A DNA stretch of 64,000 nucleotides, taken from positions 72,056-136,055 of the forward strand of contig JBAYHH010000001.1 in NCBI GenBank assembly GCA_041666265.1, in the 5' to 3' direction. This document shows, piece by piece, positions 27,770 to 37,380 of the stretch; the first letter of the stretch is position 1; each line of letters opens with the position of its first letter. The notes under the pieces were generated by a model that saw only the letters and a program-made list of their open reading frames with translations, was not told the DNA's origin and did not search any database. A program made the translations under genes and the position numbers. Source of the DNA: Candidatus Magasanikiibacteriota bacterium. Its GTDB lineage: Bacteria > Patescibacteriota > Patescibacteriia > Magasanikbacterales > GWA2-37-8.

Positions 27770-27896
27770 TAACTGGGCGGGCGGAAGGAAGGGGTGTGAG
27801 GAGGGAATTCTGCTCGCCTACCGTGGCCCTGTTAGGATTGTCGATTTTAAGTTTTTACATTAAAAAACAAAAGACAACCGTGATTGTCTTTTGTTG

Positions 27897-28259
27897 TTAG
27901 CACGAACATTTCGCTAACGCATTAATATCTGTTTTTTCAATCTGAATATTTATTTCACTATTTCTCGGCACTGCGCGATTGGCTGCCACTATTCGGAACA
28001 TCTCTTGTACATTTTCGATAGTATTTACGAAAGTTATGTATTTTTTGTTCAACCATTTTCTTTGTAAATCTTCTTTCATTAAAAGCAGTGCGTGAGCAGC
28101 CGAACGAGAAACAAATTCAACCTCGGAAAAGTCTAAATCAACCGATTGAGCATCGGCCTTATTTACCGCTTCGACCAAAACCGGCATCAAATCGCGAGAT
28201 CCCACGATCGGGGCCAATGTCTTGGCCACATTGATTGTTATTTTGTCTTGTTTAGCCAT
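27897..28259 (-). CDS. STAS-like (DUF4325-type) protein
   Basis: VDLDFSEVEFVSRSAAH resembles the STAS LDFSxVxxxxSS motif. Confidence 0.7.
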   Translation of the reverse strand: MAKQDKITINVAKTLAPIVGSRDLMPVLVEAVNKADAQSVDLDFSEVEFVSRSAAHALLLMKEDLQRKWLNKKYITFVNTIENVQEMFRIVAANRAVPRNSEINIQIEKTDINALAKCSC

Positions 28260-28287
28260 ATAATTTTAGTATACCAGAAAAAGTATA

Positions 28288-29142
28288 TTATTCCAAATAA
28301 GGAGAAATGTCAACTGGACCGAGCGGTTTTGGTATGCGATACGCGACAACAACGCCTTGCCAATAAAATCCGGGTAAGTCCACAATTTTTTGATCTTTAC
28401 CACTTGCCACTAAGGCAGACGAACCAGATAAAAGCACAAATTCGCCACCCAAACATTCACAAACTACTTTTTTTGATGTGCGCACGCCATAACCGCGCTC
28501 CACGCTTGGTTTGGTGGAGTGACCTTTCAAAACTTCCACTATTGAATCCGCGTCGGATAATTTTAATCCTTTCTCCTCTTCATAAGTTTTAGCCAATCCG
28601 CGCCCACAGTCAACGATGCAAATATCCAAATAATTTTTCTTGGGATAAAATTGTCCAAAGATAAAGCCTTTATCTTGTTTGCTGTGATCAAAAATGTTGG
28701 TAACGAGTTCTGTAATCGGATAATGCACCGCATTTTGCGCGCCGGCTACTGAACCCAAAACGCTGTACACCATCATAGAAAAAAGCGACTCCAATCTTTC
28801 TCGCTCCGGCCCTTTTTCTTTTTTCAAAATACTAATCGGAATATAACTTTTGTGCGCTTGGATTTGTTGTTGGAAAACCGAAACGCTATCAACTCCATAT
28901 GGAAAATTTATTGCGTTTAAATATGAGTGGTTGACATTGTTTTCGTCCTTACAATGGCGGCTGTTATAACAGTTTATATGTGCGCTCAACGGTAAGATTA
29001 AAAGAGGATAAAACCAATCTACATTAGAGATATCAAAATCACGTTGGTCAGAAAAATTAGTATCCTTAAAAACTTTATATAAGCACACCAGTTGAGCGAC
29101 TAACGAGCTATCGTTTGGTTTGGGAACAATGTATTTTTCCAT
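28288..29142 (-). CDS. GHKL/HATPase_c-like ATP-binding protein (anti-sigma kinase-like)
   Basis: ELVTNIFDHS (N box), DCGRG (G1), RGYG (G2), GVVV (G3). Confidence 0.8.
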   Translation of the reverse strand: MEKYIVPKPNDSSLVAQLVCLYKVFKDTNFSDQRDFDISNVDWFYPLLILPLSAHINCYNSRHCKDENNVNHSYLNAINFPYGVDSVSVFQQQIQAHKSYIPISILKKEKGPERERLESLFSMMVYSVLGSVAGAQNAVHYPITELVTNIFDHSKQDKGFIFGQFYPKKNYLDICIVDCGRGLAKTYEEEKGLKLSDADSIVEVLKGHSTKPSVERGYGVRTSKKVVCECLGGEFVLLSGSSALVASGKDQKIVDLPGFYWQGVVVAYRIPKPLGPVDISPYLE

Positions 29143-29254
29143 ACATTAATTATATCATATTGTTATTTTATCCTAAATATTACAAAATAACAAGCTTTTT
29201 TAAACTTGTCTACGATAGTGAGTCGCCGCCGAAATCGGGCCCTATTCAACTGTG

Positions 29255-29325
29255 TTCCGAGACTAGGATTCGAACCTAGATAACGAGATTCAGAGTCTCG
29301 TGTCCTACCATTAGACGATCTCGGA
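29255..29325 (-). tRNA. tRNA-Gln(CUG)
   Basis: TCCGAGA...TCTCGGA-A; loop CTCTGAA. Confidence 0.92.
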
Positions 29326-29336
29326 GTAATAATTTC

Positions 29337-30158
29337 TTATTTAGAAATACGCGTCGTGCCCAAAGGGATGGATTCCAGCCACTCCTTCGAAACAATGCGC
29401 ACCCAATTCCATTGCCATTGGTGGTTTTTGAACACTTGCGGATTGTCGATGCCGTAGCGCTTGCCATACTGCAAGTAATACACGCCTTTTTCACCGGCCA
29501 ACCGCACTAATTTCGGGGCGGTAAAAAGCACTCGCGCCGGACCGTCGGCTTTACCGGTGGCATGGTCAAAATCATGTAAACTGCTCGTTATGGTAGCATA
29601 TTGATAGCGATAGTCAAGACCGGAGCGGTGGTTTCCCGGGTCATCAACAATGAATTCCATTTTTATCGGGTCGTATCCCGTAATCGGCATCACATGGTAT
29701 GACGATCCGCCTCGACGCCAGGGGATATTCGGGTTTTTTAAATCATAGCCGTAATGAAAAGAAATCACCGGTCGCCCCGCGTCTAATTCGGCAATGATAT
29801 CATCAATAGCGGGGTCACTTTTGATGTAAGCGGACATCGAAGTATAATCATTGATTATTTTGGCGGTTCTCGCCGCGTCAGTATCGGCGCTGTTTTTCCA
29901 CAGTTTTTCTTCGATGCCAAATAAGGGCCACATTAGTTTTTTGGCATTGGCACGCGTCAGACGAGCGTCGTGATTGCCGGCATAAAATTGCTCGATCATC
30001 ACGATTGCGGCTTCCTCACAGGCGTTATTCCATGGTTTGATCCACCGGCCATCGGGAATTTCCGAAGTATAAGGGACACTCAAATTGACCGTCGTGGTCG
30101 CGGCGTTCGTAAAAAGCGGAGTATATAATAGCGCCAAAAATAAAAAAATTTTTTTCAC
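29337..30158 (-). CDS. Secreted C39-like cysteine peptidase
   Basis: Signal peptide; LSVPYTS, NACEEAA, GRPVI, YH...TGYD, DDPG. Confidence 0.8.
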   Translation of the reverse strand: MKKIFLFLALLYTPLFTNAATTTVNLSVPYTSEIPDGRWIKPWNNACEEAAIVMIEQFYAGNHDARLTRANAKKLMWPLFGIEEKLWKNSADTDAARTAKIINDYTSMSAYIKSDPAIDDIIAELDAGRPVISFHYGYDLKNPNIPWRRGGSSYHVMPITGYDPIKMEFIVDDPGNHRSGLDYRYQYATITSSLHDFDHATGKADGPARVLFTAPKLVRLAGEKGVYYLQYGKRYGIDNPQVFKNHQWQWNWVRIVSKEWLESIPLGTTRISK

Positions 30159-30216
30159 AAAAATTATTATATCAAAATCGGATTATTTTTTATATTTGAT
30201 ATATAGATTGGATTTT

Positions 30217-31806
30217 TTATTCGCTTACCACTTCACCGCCAAAATCGGCCGCGACGACATTGATAGATTCATTGTCCAAGGTATTTTTTGCCGGCTGGCC
30301 ATCAGATACCACCGAGCAGGCGATCGCGATGCGTTCACCGCATAATTTTTCCAAACAATCTTCAACCGCGCGCTTATTTTTTTTGTCATTGATTTTTTCT
30401 TGGTGAAAAGAATAGGGGACGCTAATATTCAGGTGGCCACTATCGGTCGATAACAAGTCACACAGTTTTAATACAAAAGTCAACGAATGGTTGCCGGTAT
30501 CGAGTTGTTTGATCATCTCGTCCCACCGAATTTTTATTTCATCAAGTGAGATTTTGATCGGATGATGCGAGTGAGCAATCGACGAAATTGCCGATTTGAT
30601 TGACGATGTGATCGATGTCGACTTGGGTGGCGGGAGAGATTCGGACGGGGCAACAATGGTCACCGGGGCGACCGGCGTTGCCGTTTTTGTCGCATTTTTT
30701 TCCGTATCGTTTATCGCATCAATCGGAGCGGTCATTTCGATCGCCAATAACTCGAGCGGCAGTTGCGGGATGGGCGCGGATTTGATTTCGTGTTTGCGCG
30801 CCAAGAGGCGATCGATAAAAAATACCAACCGAGCCGGAGATAAAGTTGCAGAAATTTTACGAACGCGCTTCAAAACATCTTCGCTGTAATCGGTGTTTAC
30901 CGTGTTTTGTCCGCTTTGCAAAATCATCGTAACGCGCAATATTTCAATCGCGTCAAAAGCGAATTCATCGAGATTGACTCCGTCGGCGACACTGTCCGCG
31001 ATGATTTTGATGGCCTCCGCCGGCGTGCCGGCCACGATGTGCTCGATAAAACCAATCACAGTACCGGCGTCCGACACCGGTAAGATCATTTCCGCGTCCG
31101 CTACCCCGATTTTTTTGAGATTTAACGACATGATTTGTCCGAGCAAACTCTCGGCATCGCGCAGGCAGCCATCGCTTTTATTGATCACGCGTTCGATGAC
31201 CGCTTTGTCCACTGCAATTTCTTCTTGCGCGCAAATTTCAATCAGCCGTGTTTTCATTTGTTCAAACGGCACTTTTTGAAAAGCGAATCTCTGACACCGC
31301 GATACGATAGTCGGTAATATTTTGTGTAATTCGGTCGTGGCTAAAATAAAAATGACATGCCGGGGTGGTTCTTCAATGGTTTTTAGCAAAGCATTAAAAG
31401 AACTGGTCGAAAGCATGTGCACTTCGTCGATAATAAATACTTTGAAAGGGGATTTGGTGGGTTTAAATTGCGCGTTTTCGACAATATTTTCACGCACATC
31501 ATCCACGCCGGTGTGCGACGCGGCATCAATCTCGATCACATCGATGTTTCGTCCCTCGGTGATTTCTTTGCACGAAGAACACTCGTTGCAAGGCTCGAAT
31601 TTATCCGTCGGACGATTTTGGCAATTGACCGCCTTGGCCAGGAGTCGGGCGATGGTGGTTTTGCCCACTCCTCTCGGGCCCGAAAACAAATAAGCCTGCG
31701 CGACTTTGCCGGTGGCGATTTCGTTAGTGATGGTTTGGATGATGTGTTGTTGTCCGGTAATACTCGCAAAAGATTGCGGTCGATATTTACGATATAATGT
31801 GGGCAT
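30217..31806 (-). CDS. dnaX: DNA polymerase III gamma/tau
   Basis: LYRKYRP, GPRGVGKTT, IDEVHML, SRCQ. Confidence 0.95.
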   Translation of the reverse strand: MPTLYRKYRPQSFASITGQQHIIQTITNEIATGKVAQAYLFSGPRGVGKTTIARLLAKAVNCQNRPTDKFEPCNECSSCKEITEGRNIDVIEIDAASHTGVDDVRENIVENAQFKPTKSPFKVFIIDEVHMLSTSSFNALLKTIEEPPRHVIFILATTELHKILPTIVSRCQRFAFQKVPFEQMKTRLIEICAQEEIAVDKAVIERVINKSDGCLRDAESLLGQIMSLNLKKIGVADAEMILPVSDAGTVIGFIEHIVAGTPAEAIKIIADSVADGVNLDEFAFDAIEILRVTMILQSGQNTVNTDYSEDVLKRVRKISATLSPARLVFFIDRLLARKHEIKSAPIPQLPLELLAIEMTAPIDAINDTEKNATKTATPVAPVTIVAPSESLPPPKSTSITSSIKSAISSIAHSHHPIKISLDEIKIRWDEMIKQLDTGNHSLTFVLKLCDLLSTDSGHLNISVPYSFHQEKINDKKNKRAVEDCLEKLCGERIAIACSVVSDGQPAKNTLDNESINVVAADFGGEVVSE

Positions 31807-31809
31807 AAT

Positions 31810-34365
31810 TTAAAGACTGGCTTCACTTAAATCATTTTTTACCGTTGCGGGCGCGCCCAGTTGCGAGCGCTCCATAATTTCGGATTCGACGATTTCGCGC
31901 GGTCGGCCGTATTTGAGGCGAGATAGTTCTTTGATGGCGGCGGCCAGCTCGAGGTCGCCTTTCTGCGGGGGGAAGGTCATCATATTAAACGGCTTACAAG
32001 CAGTATTGTCAATAAGCAATTTAATGTAGGCGGTGTATTGCTCGACATTGATGAGATCGTGCGCGTTGAATACCGGCATAAATTCTTTTTGCAAAATCTC
32101 GGCATCATCCGGGCCGATGCGAAATGTCACGATCGTGCCGGCGTTGCCGATCACCGCGTCTCGGACCGTATTCTTTCCTTTATTGTCTACCAGCTGTCCC
32201 ATATATTGGTGGGCGATGATTAAATCGAGGCGGTATTTGCGCGCTTCAGACAAAATCGTAGCGATCGAATCGGTGATGAAATTTTGAAACTCGTCGATGT
32301 ATAAATAAAAATCGTGGCGATCGTCTTCGGCGAGGCTGGCGCGCTCCATCGCGGCCATTTGGAGTTTGGATACGATGATCATGCCGAGCATGTTGGAGTT
32401 GATCTCACCCACGAGACCTTTGGCCAAATTTACCAATAATATTTTTTTGTTATCCATCACTTCGCGAAAATTAAATCCGGAATGCGATTGGCCGATAATA
32501 TTGCGCATCATCGAGTTTTCGACAAAACGGCCGACTTTGGAAATCAAATAACCAAGCATTTCCGATTTGTGGAAATCAGATGTTTTGGCCATTTCTTTGT
32601 CCCAAAAGGCCATTACTACCGGATCTTTGAGTTTCTTTTTCCAACCGGCGACAAAGGCGTCATCGGTGAACATGCGCGGGACTTCGGCGATTGTGCCGGG
32701 AGTTTCGAGATCAGACATGAGGGTAAGCATTACATTGCGCATGTTGTGCTCAAACATCGGGCCGATCATTGACGGGTCCGTCACCATTTTATAAAACATG
32801 GCGATCATTTCTTGGGTGGCAAAATCTTTTTGTTCTTCGGATTTGACTTCAAGCATGTTGAGACCGACCGGACGATCAGTATCGGACGGATTGAAATAGA
32901 TCACATCATCGGCGCGTTCTTTGGGGACATGCTGTAAAACATATTCCACAAAATCCCCGTGCGGATCGATGACACACACGCCTTCGCCGTTAATCACATC
33001 TTGCACCGCCATGTTTTGGATAAAGACCGATTTACCCACACCGGATTTACCGATGGTATAGACATGGCGCCGGCGATCCGGTTTTTTGATGCGCACGGCT
33101 ACTTCTTCGCCGCGATAGACAGATCGCCCCAAGATGATGCCCTCGGTAGGCATATTGGTGGGCGGGGGAGCCTTGCGCGCGCCGAGCCAGTTGATGTGCG
33201 GGGTCTCGGTGCCCGGATTGGGCATGTGCCAGAGTGAGGCCATCTCCTCGGTATTGACCACCATGTATTTGCGTTCATTGAAAGAGCGGTAAATCGATTC
33301 GCGAATTAGACTGCTCGGACGGCTCGGCACTTTGGCGACAAAAGAATTGCCATAACGATAAATATTATACTGGCCGTAAGCGTTTAAAATATTTTGCAAA
33401 GTCAGAATGGCTTTTTCTTTGTTGCCGGCCGCCGTCACGACGCGCACATTGAGCTCCAGTCCGCCGTGGCTAAGTTTTTCCTCCATACTTTTGACCATTT
33501 CCTCTTCCATTTGGGTCAAGTGATACGATTCGCCAATGCCGCCTTGTTTGGAAGCGTCTTTGTCTTTGGGAAAAAATGTTTTTCTCCAGCGATAAAATCC
33601 ACGCATCAGCCAGCCGCGCTGAGCGACATATTCAAATTTTTGTCCTTCGCGAATATCGCGAATCATGTGCACGCCTTGCCGACGCCATTTGGCGCTGGCC
33701 GGTCGAACTATGTATTGGATCATCGCGCCCTCGTCGTCGGGAATTTTACTAAGCGGATTGAGCAGTGACAGCAAGGGGTCGCTTTCCATTTTTTTGAAAG
33801 TTTTGAAAGGAAAAGCCGATTTAAATTTATTCCACAGATGGGCGCCCACGATATGGCTATTGGGTTTGAAGATATTGTAATCAGGCTCTTCGGTGATTTC
33901 AGCGTGCGGATATTGCGCGTGGATTTGTTGCTCCACGAAATTGGTCAGTTTATCCGGCACGGCCACATAAAAAGATATTTTTCCACCGGTGGCGACAATC
34001 TCGAATGATAAATGATCATTGCGACCGCGCAACCAAGACAAAAATCCGCTTTCGCGCTTGAGTCCGGCAACGGCGGCAAACAGCGAATCGGCCACGGCGA
34101 TAACTTCACGCGTTAAATTAATGTTTTCCGACTGATTGGCCATGTTTGGATTTTCGTTTTTCTTTTCTTTTGGCACCTTGATCAAGATAATCGTGCGATG
34201 GAAGGCCTTGCCGGATTTATTGCGAGCGCGCCAAAAACCACGAATCACATGTAACGCCATCACCGCTCCAATGATCGCGATCAAGCCCAAAAAAAACAAA
34301 AAGACGGTCGGATGGGATCCGAGCCATTCGCTAAAAACGACAAGCAAATTAATTAGGTCGCTCAT
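31810..34365 (-). CDS. VirB4/TraG-like (type IV coupling) ATPase with N-terminal TM
   Basis: DRRRH..IGKSGVGKS, IDPHGD, LYIDEFQNF, LSEARKY, AHQY. Confidence 0.85.
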   Translation of the reverse strand: MSDLINLLVVFSEWLGSHPTVFLFFLGLIAIIGAVMALHVIRGFWRARNKSGKAFHRTIILIKVPKEKKNENPNMANQSENINLTREVIAVADSLFAAVAGLKRESGFLSWLRGRNDHLSFEIVATGGKISFYVAVPDKLTNFVEQQIHAQYPHAEITEEPDYNIFKPNSHIVGAHLWNKFKSAFPFKTFKKMESDPLLSLLNPLSKIPDDEGAMIQYIVRPASAKWRRQGVHMIRDIREGQKFEYVAQRGWLMRGFYRWRKTFFPKDKDASKQGGIGESYHLTQMEEEMVKSMEEKLSHGGLELNVRVVTAAGNKEKAILTLQNILNAYGQYNIYRYGNSFVAKVPSRPSSLIRESIYRSFNERKYMVVNTEEMASLWHMPNPGTETPHINWLGARKAPPPTNMPTEGIILGRSVYRGEEVAVRIKKPDRRRHVYTIGKSGVGKSVFIQNMAVQDVINGEGVCVIDPHGDFVEYVLQHVPKERADDVIYFNPSDTDRPVGLNMLEVKSEEQKDFATQEMIAMFYKMVTDPSMIGPMFEHNMRNVMLTLMSDLETPGTIAEVPRMFTDDAFVAGWKKKLKDPVVMAFWDKEMAKTSDFHKSEMLGYLISKVGRFVENSMMRNIIGQSHSGFNFREVMDNKKILLVNLAKGLVGEINSNMLGMIIVSKLQMAAMERASLAEDDRHDFYLYIDEFQNFITDSIATILSEARKYRLDLIIAHQYMGQLVDNKGKNTVRDAVIGNAGTIVTFRIGPDDAEILQKEFMPVFNAHDLINVEQYTAYIKLLIDNTACKPFNMMTFPPQKGDLELAAAIKELSRLKYGRPREIVESEIMERSQLGAPATVKNDLSEASL

Positions 34366-34874
34366 TTTTTATTTTTTAGCAATAGAATTTTGTCGGTTTT
34401 GATTTTTGCTTCCTGCTCCAAGAAAAATTTATTAATACCGGGCAACATTTTGAGCCACTCGTATATCAGCCGAAAAATTTTACGCACTTTTATATTGGTA
34501 GCTTCGAGTAATTCACGAATTTTATCAGCGGTTTCTTCTCCTTTGAGCTTAAACTCTTGTTTGGCGACAGGAGACAGCTTTTCGTAAGATTCAAGCAAGT
34601 CTTCGGACATGAGTTTTTCAATTTTGGCGGTCACTTCGTCGCGCATTTTGGGCATGATCGCCGATGGTTTGCCGAACGCAGGCAATTTCAAGGACGGCTT
34701 GCCTGACTCGGCGCGCGTACTGTGTTTGCCCGGAGTAGTTTCGGGCGCGTCCTCGATCGGCTGTTCGGTCTCCGGTGTGATTGATTCGGGTGATGCCGGA
34801 GACAACAAGCTTTCCGGAAGCGGACGAGTAGCTTCGGGCAAGTCAACTTTTTCTTCTTTTTTTAAGGTATTCAT
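34362..34874 (-). CDS. Conserved hypothetical protein coupled to the ATPase
   Basis: Start MNTLKK; C-terminal WLKMLPGINKFFLEQEAKIKTD; overlaps the next gene start. Confidence 0.7.
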   Translation of the reverse strand: MNTLKKEEKVDLPEATRPLPESLLSPASPESITPETEQPIEDAPETTPGKHSTRAESGKPSLKLPAFGKPSAIMPKMRDEVTAKIEKLMSEDLLESYEKLSPVAKQEFKLKGEETADKIRELLEATNIKVRKIFRLIYEWLKMLPGINKFFLEQEAKIKTDKILLLKNKK

Positions 34875-34982
34875 AGCGTAATAATTATAGCACATTTGGC
34901 CGGCGGTCGCAAATATCCTTGGTGGATAAATGGAAATGTGGTATAATACAATTATTAAAAAATTGTCAAATTGTTTTAGTGT

Positions 34983-35909
34983 ATGAAAAACATTCAAGAA
35001 ATTCAATTTAACGGGTTGCTTTGGGTGAATGTCACCAAGCAAGCGGAAAAAGAATTGGCGGAAGTGCAAAAACGCTTTGGCTTCTTGGAGTCGGATGTAA
35101 CCGAAAGTTTGCCTCCGTTTCAACGCCCCAAGATCATGAAGCGTGAGAATTATTATTTTGTGGTATTGCATTTTCCGGTTTTTGATCGCGAGACGCGCCG
35201 GCTCGGTTTTACCGAGGTGGATTTTTTTCTAAATGGCAATAATCTGATCACGGTGCATAGCGATAAATTACATGTGATTGAGGAGTTGTTTAATCAATGC
35301 CGTAAACACGAGGATCAACGCGCGCTATATTTTTCCGGCACCGCCGTGCATATTTTATTTGAATTACTCAATCGCTTGCTTGAGGGGATTTTTCCGATCC
35401 TCTTGCATGTCAACGATGACATCAATCTGGTGGATAAAAAATTATTTTCTCAATTGCCCAGTCGTCAAATGGCCGAGGAAATTTTACGCCTCAAGACCAA
35501 TATCGTCACCTTTCGACGCACCATGCAGGGGCATCGCACCGTGCTCGAACGCCTCATTATGTATAGCGGGCGCGATTTGGATATTGGTTCTTTTCAGACC
35601 TATATCAATAATTTGCGCGAGTTTACCAACGAGATTTGGCACATGCTCGAGAGTCAGAAAGAGAGCATCAACGCCCTCCATGAGACCAATGAGTCGCTTG
35701 TTTCTTTGCGCACCAGCGAGATTATGAAGACATTGACGATTATCTCGGTAATCACTTTTCCGCTGACACTATTTGTGGCTTGGAGCGATGTGGGGGTTCG
35801 CGGCAATTTCTTCGGCATGATTCCGGGCGGATTCGCGGTTATTTCACTCTTGATGCTTTTGGGCGCTTCGTATATGATTTATTTTTTTAAGAAACGAAGT
35901 TGGATGTGA
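34983..35909 (+). CDS. corA: CorA-family Mg/Co transporter
   Basis: QRPK, EVDFFL, EIMKTLTIISVI..PLT, two C-terminal TMs; GMN motif is degenerate. Confidence 0.82.
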   Translation: MKNIQEIQFNGLLWVNVTKQAEKELAEVQKRFGFLESDVTESLPPFQRPKIMKRENYYFVVLHFPVFDRETRRLGFTEVDFFLNGNNLITVHSDKLHVIEELFNQCRKHEDQRALYFSGTAVHILFELLNRLLEGIFPILLHVNDDINLVDKKLFSQLPSRQMAEEILRLKTNIVTFRRTMQGHRTVLERLIMYSGRDLDIGSFQTYINNLREFTNEIWHMLESQKESINALHETNESLVSLRTSEIMKTLTIISVITFPLTLFVAWSDVGVRGNFFGMIPGGFAVISLLMLLGASYMIYFFKKRSWM

Positions 35910-37281
35910 CCACTGCGCCGTCATTGGTGTCCTTGACATTATATCCGAGCGTCTCGAGTTTTTCCCGCAGTTCGTCGGATAATCGCCAGTCTTTATTCGC
36001 CCGCGCTCGATCGCGTTCGGCGATTAACATTTTGATGCTATCCGGCAAATCAGATTTTGGCTCTGAAAGTCTGGCAATTTGCCTTTTTAAATCCAACCCC
36101 AATACCTCGTCAATCAAAAAGGCTGTTTTTTGTCCAATTATTTTTTTGTTAAGCGCGTTCCAGAGTAGGCCGAGCGCTTCCGGTATATTTAGGTCATCAT
36201 TAATGAGAGAGATGAACTGCTCAATAAATTTTTTTTCTTGCGCGCCATCGACGACAGTCGGAATATGCGCGATCGCGTTTACCAATCGTTCCAATCCGGT
36301 TTGAGCCGACGCGACCGCGTCCCAAGAAAACATCAATTGCTTGCGGTAATGCGTTTGCAATAATAGATAGCGATAGGACAGGGGTCCAAAACTCTTGTTT
36401 TTTAAGACCTGCAAAGTCAAAAAGTTGTCACCGGATTTGGCCATCTTATCTCCATTCGCGATTATCAAAAATTCACCATGCATCCAGTAATTGGCCAATG
36501 CTGTGCCTTCAGCCGCTTCGCTTTGAGCGATCTCGTTGGTGTGATGAACCGGCACATGATCAATACCGCCGCAATGGATATCAAAAGGCTGGCCAAGATG
36601 TTTGGTCGCCATGGCGCTGCATTCCACATGCCAACCCGGGAAACCGATGCCCCAGGGGCTGTCCCATTCCATCTGGCGTTTGACGAGCGGTGGAGAAAAT
36701 TTCCAAAGCGCGAAATCGGCCGGGTTGATTTTGTCGCCAACGCCTACTCGCACGCCGGCGCGTAAATCTTGTTTTTTGAGATTGGCCAGCTTGCCGTAGT
36801 CCGCAAGTTTGGTGGTATCAAAATATATTCCATCCAAAGTTTGATAAGTAAATCCTTTTTTCTCCAATTTTTTGATCAGCCCAATTTGTTCCTTGACATA
36901 TTCAGTCGCTCGGCACCAGATGTCCGGCTCTTCAATATTTAATTCCTGCATGTCGCTTCGAAACGCTTCGGTATAAAAATCCGCGATTTGCCAGGCGGTT
37001 TTACCTTCGCGAATAGCGCCTTTTTCCATTTTATCATCGCCCTCATCGGCATCGCTGGTCAGGTGGCCGACATCAGTGATATTCATGACATGTTTCACTT
37101 TGAGGCCGTTAAATTTCAAAACCCGCTTCAAAATATCTTCAAAAACATAAGTGCGCAAATTACCAATGTGCGCGAAATTATATACCGTCGGTCCGCAAGT
37201 ATACAAACCCACCCGGCCTTTTTTAATCGGCTTAAATTCTTCGATTTGACGCGACATGGTATTGTATAGTTTGATCGGCAT
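35887..37281 (-). CDS. cysS: Cysteine--tRNA ligase
   Basis: CGPTVY..AHIGN, GFPGWHVECSAM, KMAKS. Confidence 0.95.
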   Translation of the reverse strand: MPIKLYNTMSRQIEEFKPIKKGRVGLYTCGPTVYNFAHIGNLRTYVFEDILKRVLKFNGLKVKHVMNITDVGHLTSDADEGDDKMEKGAIREGKTAWQIADFYTEAFRSDMQELNIEEPDIWCRATEYVKEQIGLIKKLEKKGFTYQTLDGIYFDTTKLADYGKLANLKKQDLRAGVRVGVGDKINPADFALWKFSPPLVKRQMEWDSPWGIGFPGWHVECSAMATKHLGQPFDIHCGGIDHVPVHHTNEIAQSEAAEGTALANYWMHGEFLIIANGDKMAKSGDNFLTLQVLKNKSFGPLSYRYLLLQTHYRKQLMFSWDAVASAQTGLERLVNAIAHIPTVVDGAQEKKFIEQFISLINDDLNIPEALGLLWNALNKKIIGQKTAFLIDEVLGLDLKRQIARLSEPKSDLPDSIKMLIAERDRARANKDWRLSDELREKLETLGYNVKDTNDGAVVTSNFVS

Positions 37282-37380
37282 AAAAAATTCAATTATTACC
37301 ATCATAGTATATCCTAACCCGCTGAACTTATCAACAGGGTGGGTGGCGGAGTGGGTGGAAAAATGGTATAATGAAATCAT

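Noticed and set aside
35887-35909. 23-bp convergent overlap of corA and cysS
   Set aside because: Short tail-to-tail overlaps are ordinary in compact genomes
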